DNA from: the human T2T-CHM13v2.0 reference genome, Homo sapiens | Strand: one strand, 5' to 3' | DNA: 64,000 nucleotides | Assembly (NCBI RefSeq): GCF_009914755.1 | Contig: NC_060932.1 | In this document: positions 49,705 to 64,000 of the stretch, piece by piece | How the letters are laid out: each line of letters opens with the position of its first letter | How positions within the stretch are numbered: the stretch's first letter is position 1 | The notes under the pieces: model-generated | Database searches by the model: none | What the model was told of the DNA's origin: nothing | The model's input: only the letters and a program-made list of their open reading frames with translations | Translations under genes and position numbers: made by a program

Positions 49705-51461
49705 CCCTGGAGTCAGTGTTCAACTTAGTACTGCTTTTTATGATTTGAGTTACCAAAGTCTTTTGGAAGAATATTGGACATTTGAAAAACTTAACCCATT
49801 GGGTATGCCCAGGACTTTGTCCAAAATCTATCTGTAACCACACAGCCTAGTAATAACACACACAAACACACAATTTTCCCAGAGAAGCAATAGGTGGTAG
49901 GTTACCTTAAAGAACTGGCAAGAAGAAGCTGTGTGGAAAAAATACCTAGAGAGCTGGGCTAGGAGTCAGAAGGGAAGACAAGATAAACTTTGTGAAGAGC
50001 CTTCCGTGTACTAGGACCTTTACGTAAATTATCTCAACTATTTAGGATGACCATAGAATTGTTTATCCAAACTGGGGCCATTTGGGAGTGAACGCGGGCA
50101 CTGTTAATAATCAAGCTGGTACAAGGAACACACACCATGATTTTCCTAAACAACGGAGTGACACCTTCCTCTTATTCCTTAATGCAGCCTCATGATGGGC
50201 TTATTATGATCCTCACTTTTACAATGAGGAAATTGAAGTTCAGAGAGCTCAATTAATTTGCTCTGAATTACTCAGCTGGGGAGTAATAGAGATGAGTAGT
50301 AGTAGAGATGGAATTTAGCCCAGGCAATTTGCATCCCTGGCCCATGCCAGGTTCACACCCCGAGCCAGCTTCTGTCCCAGCTCTGGACTCACTCACTGTG
50401 TGAGGGGAAAATCATGTGAGTTTGATTATAATGGGTCAGAAACACTTACCCTGCTATCCCAGAGTTATTGGGATATAGACCTAGTGATTGCACGTGTGGA
50501 CGACCGCGTTGAGAGGGTAAACCATTATCAGATGTAGAAGCTTATGATTGTTTCCTGAAATTCACTGCCAGGTGTTTGAAATCATCTGGTTACTAGGATC
50601 CTTCACTTGGCTGGTCAGATGTGGCTTTTTGATTAAGGATGAATATTAATGTGTCTTTAGAAAATAAATCATCCTGCTTTTCTCTATTCAATTGATTTTC
50701 TTCCCAAATGCTAAACCTTTGCTTACATTTTCTCTTCCTCTGAAGAGCCATTATTTTCTAGCCAAAGGCCCTTCCTCATCCAAATCCTGCATCTTCTTCA
50801 TGCTCTAGTGGAGTCCCACCTCATTCTTATAAAATCCACCCCTGCCCCATCATCCCAACCCATATCCCTTACTCCTTTCTTGCCTAAGCTGACAGCATTC
50901 TTAGAATGTATACAACAGAGCTTAGCATGGAATCCACAGGGCTTCTCCTCACATGGGCTCTTAAATCTCTTGTACCACGGTAAAATCTGATGTATGGAGT
51001 TCAAGGCAATGAATGGGAGGCTCTGTTCTGCCACTGTTAGCCACAGAACTTCAGATACACTTTGTTGACTTATCTGAGCTTAGTTTCTTTATGTATAGAA
51101 CAGAATCCTGGCTGGGGTGAACATCAACAGAGATAATGAAGGTAAAGGTACATTGAAGCATACTTGTGACAGTTGGGATTATCTTTTTAATCCTTAGGAG
51201 TTTGCAGAAAGAGCAAGGTCTCTGGGGTCAACACAAGGGTTGAATCCAGACTCTGCTACATATTGTCTATTAAGCATGGGCAAAATGTTTTTTCCTCTGT
51301 CAAACAGAAATAGTAACATCTACCTGGTGGAGATGTTGCAAGAGTTCATAAGATAATGTGTGTCAAGTGTATAGATAGCATTATGTCTACCCCCTAGTTG
51401 ATGCTCAATAAAGGTTTGCTCACCCTTCACCTACTCTTAATTTATGCTCTAATTCCTAAAG

Positions 51462-51488
51462 ATATATATATATATATATACATACATA
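51462..51488. repeat. (TA)n microsatellite
   Basis: Directly visible. Confidence 0.85.
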
Positions 51489-51609
51489 CTTTTTTTGTCA
51501 ACAGATACGCTAAATATACATCTATAAAACTACCAAGCTACACTTAACACCTATTTCTACTAAAGGGATCTTATAAAACCATGAATTATCAATTACCCAT
51601 GTCCCCTAG

Positions 51610-51789
<180 letters not shown>

Positions 51790-52118
51790 TGAAAGAATCA
51801 TGACATTTTATCTGGTGTCTGACAGGTTACCTGATCATCATACCTCACTATCCACCCGGCCAGTTTTTCAGGAGCTGGTGGTGGCCCCTGTCTTAAGGGA
51901 GGGGCTTCTGAGTTTCCACTTCCTCATCTGAAAAATGCTGGTTAAGAGAAGGAAGACCTGCTCATAGGAATTCATGTCCTTGATGGTTCTAAGGTCTCCA
52001 GCTAGGATACTTGGTTCTGACAGAACCAAGCCCCTAAGTGTTGATATTTCTGAACTTGGCAAACTTTAGGAAACTTATAGACCAAAGGCAATGCTAGAAC
52101 CACACAGACACCAACTGA

Positions 52119-52265
<147 letters not shown>

Positions 52266-53149
52266 TAAGGTTATCAACAAACTCCAACCTCCCATTTCCT
52301 TCCCTCCTCACCTTTTTAAACCCTAACTAAATCTATGCCTCATGGAGGATACTAAACCCACAGCCCACAAAGTGAGCCATCTTACTTTTAAGGCCACTTT
52401 CTTTGTCTAATATTTGTCTTATTTGGTCATTTTGCTAAAAATTATTAGCTTATAAAAATATTTTTATGAGGAAATCTTATTACATATACATCTTTCAGTT
52501 AAACGTTGGATACCTAAACTTATTCAGTGACATTTGTCAGATATCTACCTTTAAACAAAAGGAAGCAGAGTGATGTGGTGCTGTTAATGAAAGATTAATA
52601 TGTTGAACAGATTGTGAAGCTAATGGGAAAGCTAAAATTTAGACCTTCCTGTTTGCTGGTGGTATTGATTAAAAACAGATACAACCTAAGACCCAGGGAA
52701 GCATTTTATATCTCTTTTACATCTTGGCTCTGCTTCCTTTTGGCCACTAGTCAGGGAGGGGGATGAGGTGGTATAGCATCAGAAAACAGGTGATTTAAAT
52801 CTGTACCTTAACTAAAACCTCTCTCAGCCTTATGCTAATATCTCTTTGCCTTCCCCTAACAGGAAGTATTCTGTCTCCAGAATGTACGTTATCAATGATT
52901 TGCAGTCATACCACATCTGGTGGTTCAAAATTCTCATTTTTTTCACAATAAAAATATAGAAGTGAGTTAAAGTTTTACAAAGGAGTAATAGAAGGAGCAT
53001 GACACAAAATGAATAAGATTTTAACAAACAGACTTAAGAGCCTCTGAAATTGCTATCTCATCAACAGTTTAGGAAAGATTAATGTATCCTGTAAATAGGT
53101 ATTTTACCATGGCTTGAAATATGGAAGGATTCTGGGAGAGTTCGGGTTG

Positions 53150-54440
53150 AGACTTCCAGAAGCTGACCTTCTGGAAAATGTGATGAAGGCGATGTTTGTT
53201 CACTCTCTGTCTCCTTCCCTCCCACTCGCTTCTCAGTCAACTCCAGTCTGGCTTTCTCCCCAATATGCCACCAAAGCAACAGTGCTCTCCATTTTGCTAA
53301 ATCTAATGGTCTTATGTTTTAAAAAATTAGTCCTTATTGCATTTGTCTGAGGAGCATTTGTCACATCTAAGCATCTCTTCTTTTTGAAACACCTTCTTGC
53401 CTTAACTTCTGTAGCAACACATGTATCTGTTTTTTCTCTTATCCTCTTGATCACTTCTTGTCCGTGTCCTTTGAAAGCTCATTTTCTGCCGTCTAGCAGT
53501 TAAATAGCTCATAGCATTGTCCTGGGCCAACTTCTCATCTCCCACTATTTTGTCTCTCTGCCATTTTCAACTAACACTTCAGTTGAATCAAGTAGTTCAA
53601 ATAACCAATGGCTTCAGTTGTCACCTTTTAATTTTCATTCTTGACAACTCCTGTTCCCGATGTGTAGATTCCTCAAAAGCAGCACCTCAAACTGAACAAG
53701 TCTAAAACCAAAACAATCCTACAACACTGTTCTCTACGGTTTCTTATCTCAGTGACTGGCACCATCATCCATTGGGTTGAGAACCCCAAATCTACAGACC
53801 CTTTGCTCACTGACTTCCCCATTTCTAATGTGCTGTCAGAGCTTGTCCATTTCACCTCCCAAGTGGCCATCAGCACTGTTCATCCTCTCCATCTTCGCCA
53901 CATCCCACCATTGTCTTTTCCTCCATCATCTCTTGCTAGGTGGACCACAGCAATACCAATGCCATCCAAATTGGCCTCCCCATATTCATTCTTGCCCTCC
54001 AATAGTTTGCTCTCTATGTTTAAACATGAGCTTTTCACAACACAATCTGATCATGTCAGTCCTGTACTTAAAACCCTTCAATGACATCTCATTTTCTCTG
54101 AACAGATTCAAGTCCTTAATACATCCTAAAATATCCCAAATAACTAGCCCCTGCCTCTCTCTCTCTCCAGCCTCATTTCATACCACATGCCCCCTTGCTC
54201 TCTGCAAGAAGAACTAAGAAGAAAGACCTTCTAAGGCTGCATCCTTATTTCTTCTTCCACGGGGCCTTTGCACATCTCTCTCTAGTGACTTCTGCCACTC
54301 ACTCATATCCCTCTCTCCCCTTTCCCCTATGACTATGACTCCATGAAGCAAGGACCATCTCTGCTCCCTAACACTCCCCTGGCGTCAAGCTCTCTCATTG
54401 CCTCAGAACAGACATCACAAATGTATTGGTTGAGTGAACA
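53150..54440 (+). mobile_element. L2 fragment
   Basis: Pyrimidine-rich L2 body (caactccagtctggctttctcccc, tctgatcatgtcagtcctgtacttaaaaccc) and 3' tail-like end; boundaries approximate. Confidence 0.7.
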
Positions 54441-55402
54441 CCATCTTTAGCTAAATAATTGGGCCCATACCCTGAGTGGTGACACTCCTCTGTGAAGAGA
54501 AAGGCCTTCACTCCCCTCCTCCCTGCCCTGGGAAGGAAGGATGTCTGCTTTCAGAAAGCACACGGTTTGAAATTATCAACTAGTTTGAATAAAAAGTACT
54601 TATTTTCTCAATTAATTCACCATGGACCAAGTAGTAGGGATAAATGTACTAATTGTAACTTACGTTATGCTGGGGATGGAGGAGGAAGACCAGATAATAC
54701 TAAGACGAAAGAACATGATAGGTAATTTGGAATGTCCAAGGTACATTTAGGCATCATCTCATGTGATTTTTCAGAACAACCTTATAAACTAGGTGCTATA
54801 ATTGCTTCCAGTGTACAGATGAAACAAAGGCACAGGGAGGTTAGATAACTTACCTATGTCTGCATAGTAAGTGATACAGTCAGAGTTGGAATCCAGATGG
54901 GTGCAGGCAGCCCTCCCACCCTCCATGCCACACCAATCCAGGCCTGCTGGGCTTTCTAGGCCTAGAACCAGGGAGGAGGGGACCAATTATAGTCTGATGG
55001 CATAGGTCTGACAACACAAGCCTATACCAGCCCAGTGCATGCCTGACAGCACAGGTCTACAGCAGCCCAATTTCAGAGTCCTCAGTGTAGTGGGTAATCT
55101 TGTTCTAACACTCAAGTATAGAGGTGGCATCCCTTACAAAGAGGGTTCCCAGGGTGACAGAGATTCAGATTACATTTTCACTTCCTATTTCCTGAATTTT
55201 CTATCTTGATTGCATGGGGCTTCAGATCTACACAAGCAATTGAAGACCCTTCCCCAACCCTGCCTTGAAATGAGCCATTTTTCTATTATGGCAGACCCTC
55301 TGACCCCTATTTTATTCTTTCAAGTTAAAATGGAAACTTCCAACTGAATCTAATTATAATGATTTTTAAACTATGCTCTGTGACCACATTGAAATAAGCT
55401 AA

Positions 55403-55744
<342 letters not shown>

Positions 55745-56099
55745 TAATGTTAAGGGTTTTGTCTCAGCTTTTGGAGAGCTTGGTCTGATTTAGTTACAAG
55801 ACTAATAATTTCAGCACTATCTATGATAGCAAAAACCTGGAAACATCCCAAATAGCCATTAATAGGGAATGGTTAAATGAGTGATGGTACATCCACATGA
55901 TGGACCACTACAAATTCTAAAAGACTTAAGTTGATCTATCACTAAAAAGTCATTAAACTTTGAGCTAATTACTGGTCTGCTCTGTGTCTCAGTTGTAAAA
56001 TGAGGGTAGTAATATTACATACTTCAGAGAGGGGCGGAGCTGTAATTGTTGTAACACAATTAAAGAGCACTCCGTAGTGCCTCACACATAGTAAGCATT

Positions 56100-56666
56100 T
56101 GTAAGCCAAAATGTATCTGAGACAAGTCTCAATTTAGAAGTTTATTTTGCCAAGAATAAGGACATGCCTGTGATATAACCTCAGGAGGTCTTGATGACAT
56201 GTGTCCAAAGTGGTCAGGCCTCAACTTGGTTTTATACATTTTAGGGAGATATAAGACATCAATCAATACATGTAAGATGTATGTTAGCGACAACTGGAAG
56301 TGGGGGCTTCCAGTTCGTAGGCAGATTCAAAGATTTTCCAATTGGAAATTGGTTATTGTCTAAAAACCTGGAATCAATAGAAAGGAATGTCTAGGTTATG
56401 ATAAGGGGTTGTGAAGACCAAGGTTTTTTCATGCATATGAAGCCTCAACGTAACAGACTTTAGAGAAGATAGATTATCAGACTTGAAGAGTCTGTTCTAT
56501 GAGTCTTAAGGTCTTTGTTGATGTTAACAGTAATGAGGCATATCTGACTCCCCCTTCCCATCAATGGCCTGAACTAGCTTTTCACGTTAATTTTAGAATG
56601 CCTTTGGTGGAGAGGAGGAGTCTATTCAGATGGTTGGGGGGCTTAAAATTTTATTTTTGGCTTACA
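56100..56666 (-). mobile_element. ERV1 solo LTR (MER4-family) inserted in a MIR
   Basis: 12-bp terminal inverted repeats tgtaagccaaaa/ttttggcttaca; minus strand begins tgtaagccaaaaataaaattttaagccccccaaccatctgaa; 4-bp TSD catt/cact. Confidence 0.88.
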
Positions 56667-57506
56667 CACTCAAGTGATAGTCCTGCAAACATTAAAAATA
56701 TGGGAATATCTAATGAATTGGAAAGTTGTACAGGATACATTAAGTGAAAAGAGAAAAATCTCATTTCTGTAAACTACGTTTATATGTATAGGAGAAAGGG
56801 ATAGTCATAGAGAGAGGGCTAAGCACCAATACACAGAGCAGTGGTCAACATTTTAGGGATGAAATTATGAAAAATTTTTCCATTCTCACGTTTTTGCCCA
56901 TGTATATATGCTCTGAATTTTCCATATTTAACAAATGTTAATTTATAATAGGAAAAAATGGTTAAAGAGATATAGAACTCATGGCAATCTCTTACTCTGC
57001 CTTGTGTTCCCTCGTTGGAAAAACAGTGTTGGGAACACACTAAGGTTCACTTCCTGTCCTGGAGAGTAGATACAAAGACAATAAGACTAGTGTCTGACCT
57101 GGAGGGGTTTAGTGGACACCAAGAGAGAGGTGAAGTGGGGTGAGGAGGCTCTCATGGGGTTGTCAGTGCTAAAGCAGGGGAAGGCTGAAGCCAATAATCC
57201 AGGCTTAGGGAGCAGAGGAGGTGGTCAGCAGTGAAGCTACCTGCAGCTGAGGCTTGCAAGTTAAGTATTGTTAACTTAAGAGTTAAAACAAGCTCTTCCT
57301 TTGTCTTCTACCTGCTACCATGTGATTAATCTTTTGATGGCACCAAACGTGGCTCAGTCCTATTTGTACTCCCAATACCTAGCACATAGTTGTGATCCAA
57401 TATGGTACTGATTGAATGAGTAGGAAGTGAAGGGTGAATGAATGAATGAGGATGGTGATTGAGAAGCTCTTCTGTTACTTTTAGAAAATGCTTCCCTAAC
57501 TGTTAG

Positions 57507-57791
<285 letters not shown>

Positions 57792-59224
57792 TGAACCCTT
57801 CATGCAGAGGTTCTGCTAAGAAGCAAGAATTTTTAAAGCTTTATAAATGCAAGAAGACTTAGCTATCTATGTTGAGGTGATTTTCTATCCTTTTGGCCTG
57901 AACTTATGTGCCTGGCATTAATTTTTTTTCAACATTTCTTAAGATTATGCATAAAGTCCTGAGTAATGTACAATTTCAATGCAATTACCTTATGCCTTCA
58001 TCCTCAAATGTAAGACATGATTTAAAAAGTGATCCATCCTTTTAAAAGAAGGTGACAGCAGGAGAAGCCATTTATCCCTTTTCCCGAATTGTCCACTTTC
58101 TGCCAATGCATGTCAGATTGTGTGGTATGTGCTTGGAGGAATTTTTGACCTTTCACAAATATTGGGAAGACAGTTTCTTCTTCCTGTTCTTTCACCTCCT
58201 TCACTGATCCTCTGTAAGCCAGCAGGGATGACTTAGCGAGGTTGGAAAAAGGTACTGAGACTGATAGCAGGGTCTTTTTTCTGCTGCTAGCCTCCCCTTG
58301 GGATGAGTGCATTCTGCCCTCTGCTTCTAGTGCCTTGTGGCAAAAGCACACCTAGGACAGGATTTTTCCGGTAGCAGGTCTGGATAGAGACCCATTTCTC
58401 TTTCTGTCTCTGCTCTGAGGATCCAGTGGGTGTGAGGCAGGGATTCCCCTAGTACCTCACTGGGTAAATGGGAGCTGCTGGTCTGACCTCATGGTGTCTA
58501 GTTCTATTGTATTTTCTGAGAGTTTGTCTCTTCTATCCATTCTTAATTGGATCCCCTTGATTGGTGAGGTTGCTGGAGAGGCTCCAGCCAGTTCCATTCC
58601 CCCTCAAGTAGTTAATGAGGGTTTACTACATGCCAGCCTCTGGGCTTGGTTATGGGCAATCAATATTTGTTGGATGCAAGAATGAAACCAGAAATGAATG
58701 AGTCATGGCCTCTGCTCTCAGCCAGCTCAGAGTCCAGTGAGAGGGACAAACAGTTCAACATCCAATCATGCGTGGAATAACCAAGGTGTGAAATGCAGGG
58801 AAGGAATGGAGAGGTGGGAGGGATGCAATTGTCCTGATGGAGTTGAGGGTTCAAACAGGACAAAGGACAATGAAAAGGCATTTTATAGATGAAAAAGAGC
58901 AGATATCTATTCCAAGTGAAAGAACCATGATGAGTACAGTATGGAGGCATAAAGTGGCTCCTGGTAGAAGGCTAACAACCCTCTGATCAAAATTCCTGAG
59001 CACAGTACAAGGTTGACAAATGGGGACTGCCAGGCCCAGAAGTCCAAACTCTTATCCTTTGACATCATTCTAATTTCTGTATATTAATAAGCAGTAAATT
59101 TAGATGCATGATCATATAATAGCAGCTATTATATTTTATATCCCTTTAGATTTTGAGAGATATATACAGACTCCTGTTATTTAATCCTAATTACTCTTCA
59201 TTTTCCATGTCATTTACTTATTTC

Positions 59225-60075
59225 TTCATTTCATCCAACAAATATTTACTGAGCTTCTATTAAATGATAGGCCCTGGGAATAAGACATGAGTAATACAGA
59301 CAAGGTCTCTGTTATCATAGAGCTTACAGTCTAAAGTCAAGTTCAGACATGCAGACATATACATGCAAAACCACAGCTAGCTACTCACACATACTCCAAG
59401 AAAGCAATGACTTAGAACAAAGGCTGGGCAGAAGACAAAGCACTGAATCAAAGCTTACCCAATGCAGGGATTTCTACTCACTATGGTGGCAGGGAAAGGC
59501 CTTTCTGTGCCTGTGAAACTAAGTTGAAACTTGATGAATGAAATGTAGTGAGCCACAGGAGGAAGAGCATTTCCCACAGAGCAAATTCCACAGGCGAATG
59601 GCCTGAGGTAGGAATGAGTTTAGTGCTTTGGATAAACTAAAACCCCAATGAACAAAAACCTCCCATAACTGGCGTGTGATGCATGAGGGCAGTGCTGGTG
59701 AAGTGGGGAGGACACCAGAGCCTGATCACACAGGCCTCGAGACTATGGTGAAAAGCTTGGACTTCATTCTCAAAGGAAAGCCATTGCATGGTTTCCAGCA
59801 GGGAGGGGATCTGCCTCACCTAGGAAACACATCCCCTTAATGCTGTGTAGACAATGGTCAGAAGAGGGTCAAAATTGGAGAGAGAGGACTAGGCAGAGAT
59901 GTAAGAAAAAAGAGTAAAAATGTGCTGAAATAGGAACTCAGAGAGGAGGCTCTTTGGAGAAGGGCACTTGGTTACTGTGTCAAGTGCTCCTGAGAGTTTA
60001 AAGAAGAAGCCACAAAGATGTGCCCATTGGACTTAACGGCATGGAGGTTCCCGGTGACCTTTTAAAAAGCAGCAT
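59225..60075 (-). mobile_element. L2 fragment
   Basis: catccaacaaatatttactgagc...gagcttacagtcta...ggaagagcatt; boundaries approximate. Confidence 0.7.
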
Positions 60076-60077
60076 TG

Positions 60078-60969
<892 letters not shown>

Positions 60970-61298
60970 TTAGCCCCTTTCTCTGAGAAAACTCCTAGTC
61001 CTTAAATATTTGGAGATTATTTTTAGCAGTTGCCCCTCTGAGAAGCCTTCCTGGGTATCCTCAGCCTGGGTGGGCTTACCTTCTACTTCCCTACATGTAT
61101 CTCTTGACACAGTGATTTGAACTTGTCCATGGACTTCATGGTTCTTCTACTGTCAGCAATTTGAGTCCAAAAAGTATGTTTTTGCTTTCTGTTCCCTTTC
61201 CTAATTTTCAGTGTCTAATGTGGTACGTAGCACATAATACTCAAATATTTATTGAATGAATCAATTAATTCAAGAATAATTAATTGACCCTAGTATAA

Positions 61299-61615
<317 letters not shown>

Positions 61616-62445
61616 AAGAGATTATAAGGTTTCCTTCTGTTTACTCAGTGTACTGAGCACATAAGTGCTCAGTAAATGTTCTTTAAAAATGAACACATTA
61701 GTACACATTGATTTATATGATTATCTAAGTGTCAGCTTACAAGCCAGAGAGGAATAAAGAAATGACAGAAGACAGGTAGATTTTAATGGCAAGGGGATCA
61801 AAAGATTTAGATAGATTACACAGTGGCGAATGGATGAACATTTGGGCTGTGGCAGTCTGTTTTCCTAGACTGTGTTAAGATCCGTAGAAGCATTTGAGCT
61901 TATGATCTGAGCCCCACCTGCTAGGTACCAGAGTAGTGGCAATTTCCATGATTTTTTACCTTCTCTCCATGCTGTCCTTGCCTTGCCAGAGCCTAGGTAT
62001 GTCAGGTTATTATAGTGATTTAAATTCATTTGTTGAATAGTTTTGTAATGACTGGGCCTTAAGTGAGACATTTATGTGGGAAATTTACTGTCTGGTTTGA
62101 TTGACTCAATGCAGAGTTTTTCTGCTTTTGTGCTTCGGAGGGTCCATTTGAAGATCCCTCTTTGTCTTTGGTCTCATGAGGGAAGAACTAACAGAGCCAC
62201 TAAGGCCAGATCACCTCTTATAGTCCTAGCATAAAAGAGAAGCCTCTTTTATGAGGACATGCACATTTTATAATTTAAGATCCCACAGAGGATTTCCGTG
62301 CATCAAAAAATGCATGTCTGTGTTAAAAGTTTTAAAAGCTTTCTGGATTGTCCTAGGGATTGTGATCAGTAATAATGAGAGGGGTGGATTCCACCCTAGA
62401 ACAGCCCCAGGTCAGCAGATAAGCAATGCATTCAAAGCTAACTGG

Positions 62446-62574
62446 GGCCAAGCACAGTGGCATGCACCTGTAGTCTCAGCTACTTGGGGTGCCGAGGCAC
62501 GAGGATCCCTGGAGCCCAGGAGCTCAAGTCTACCCTGGGCAACACAGTGAGACCTTGTTTATAATAACAACAAA
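62446..62574 (+). mobile_element. Free Alu monomer (FLAM/FAM-like)
   Basis: Single ~125-bp monomer with an A-rich tail. Confidence 0.8.
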
Positions 62575-62968
62575 TACTGACTCCTGGATTCCATCCTTTA
62601 ATAAGAAAAACCATCTTGGGTTCAAAGTCTGGCTCTATTATTTACCAGCTGTCTGAACTTTACTATGAGCCTCAGCTTTCTTAGCTGTAAAGATTGAGAA
62701 AATTAAAGTATGTACCTCATGAGCTGTCGTAACCCTGAAATGAGATAGTATGTTCCAGGCACACAGATTCTAAGTGTTCAATAAATGTCAGATTTTCGCT
62801 TGAGCCATTACTCAGCAATAAACTGTTTTGACCATTCCCTGTTCCCATCTCCTTCTGGGCCCCAGGATGAGGGAAACGCCTCAAACTCAAAATACCTAAA
62901 TATCTTAGTCAATTTTAACATCTAATCCTTAGGGGTTACACTTTTGGTAAATGTAAGAAAAAAGATGG

Positions 62969-63270
62969 GGCTGGGTGTGGTGGCTCATACCTGTAATCCC
63001 AGCACTTTGGAGTAGACGGACATCTTGAGCCCCAGAATTTGAGACCAGCCTGGGCAACACAATGAGACCCCGTCTCTACAAAAAATTTTTAAAATTTGCC
63101 AGGCATGGTGGTACCTACGTGTAGTCCTAGCTACTCAGGAGGCTGAGGAAATAGGATCCCTTGAGCCCAGGAGTTCAAGGTTGCAGTGAGCTATGATCAC
63201 GCCTTTGCATTCCAGCCTGGGCAACATAGGGAGTCCCTGTCTCTATAGAAAAAAGGAAAGAAAAGAAAAA
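62969..63270 (+). mobile_element. Alu (AluJ-like)
   Basis: Diverged dimer with an A/GA-rich tail. Confidence 0.9.
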
Positions 63271-63387
63271 GGGAGGGAGGGGGGAAGAATAGAACCTCTA
63301 GCAACATACTCTTAACTACTTTATAAATGATTCTCCTGAAGAATTGGCCATGATGATGAATTTTCACAGGAGATTGTTTTAAAGATT

Positions 63388-63967
63388 TGAAATGGCTACG
63401 TTGTCTGGGGGTTTGTTGTCTCATGCTGAGAAAAAATTCAGGATATGGACACGTGTGGATGGGTTAAGGAGTAGAAAGTTTAATAGAAGAAAGGAGAGGA
63501 GCTCCTTGAGAGAGAGATACACGTCCAATAAAGTGGTGAGGCTGCGGACTGCAGCAGATTTTACAGGCAGGCTGGAGAAGGCGGTGTCTGATTTACAGAG
63601 GGCTCACAGATTGGTTCAATCAGGTATGACGTTTACATAGGGCCCAGGAAAGGCTGGTTGCTCCACCCTAATCTTATTATTCAAATAGGCTTTCCAGTTG
63701 ATTGGCACCATCTTATCAGTTCTTTACTGTACACGTGGCTGACAGAAGGGAAGATGGAGCCGCCTTCTTGAACATGTCTAGTCCCTAGTCCCTGCCAGCA
63801 TTCACCCGTGCAAACTCCCAGCTTGCTTATGTCTGCAGTTCGACTTTACAGGCTGCTCTTTGTTAGAAAATGATTTGGGGCTGCTTTTCGTTAAAGAGAA
63901 AGGCCTTACCGAGGACTCCCATACCCTTACTAGCTGTCTAAGTGATTTCTTCTTAACTCCTGTATCA
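63388..63967 (-). mobile_element. ERV1-class solo LTR (MER61/MER83/MER84-like; subfamily not assigned)
   Basis: Minus strand begins tgatacaggagttaagaagaaatcacttag...gggagtcctcggtaagg; TG...CA termini. Confidence 0.75.
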
Positions 63968-64000
63968 CTTTCTGTAGTAAGGATAGGAGCTTCTAATTAA

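Noticed and set aside
61651-61674. 10-bp stem hairpin tactgagcac-ataa-gtgctcagta
   Set aside because: Short, and lies in an L2/MIR-type tail motif that is naturally semi-palindromic

Overview
Primate (human-like) genomic DNA from inside a multi-exon ferlin gene on the + strand, recognised as FER1L6, an otoferlin-like type-II ferlin. I traced 19 consecutive coding exons from 157 to 57686. They total 2700 nt (900 codons), every splice phase is compatible and there are no stops. They encode the end of C2D, the next C2-like domain, a low-complexity acidic/Lys-rich linker, C2E and most of C2F. The start codon and the final transmembrane exons lie outside the window. The introns are full of ordinary repeats: Alus, an old near full-length antisense L1MA, Tigger3, MaLR/ERV1 LTRs, MER5/MER20/MER96, MIR and L2. 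I found no novel multi-gene system. The most unusual signals are two long, non-Alu, locally duplicated inverted repeats (about 380 bp and 310 bp arms, about 92-94% identical by hand count) on either side of one exon, a perfect 34-bp-stem hairpin at 47739-47821, a GC-AG intron, and several competing splice sites including an in-frame poison acceptor. Repeat subfamily names come from remembered consensus sequences and were not checked against a database.
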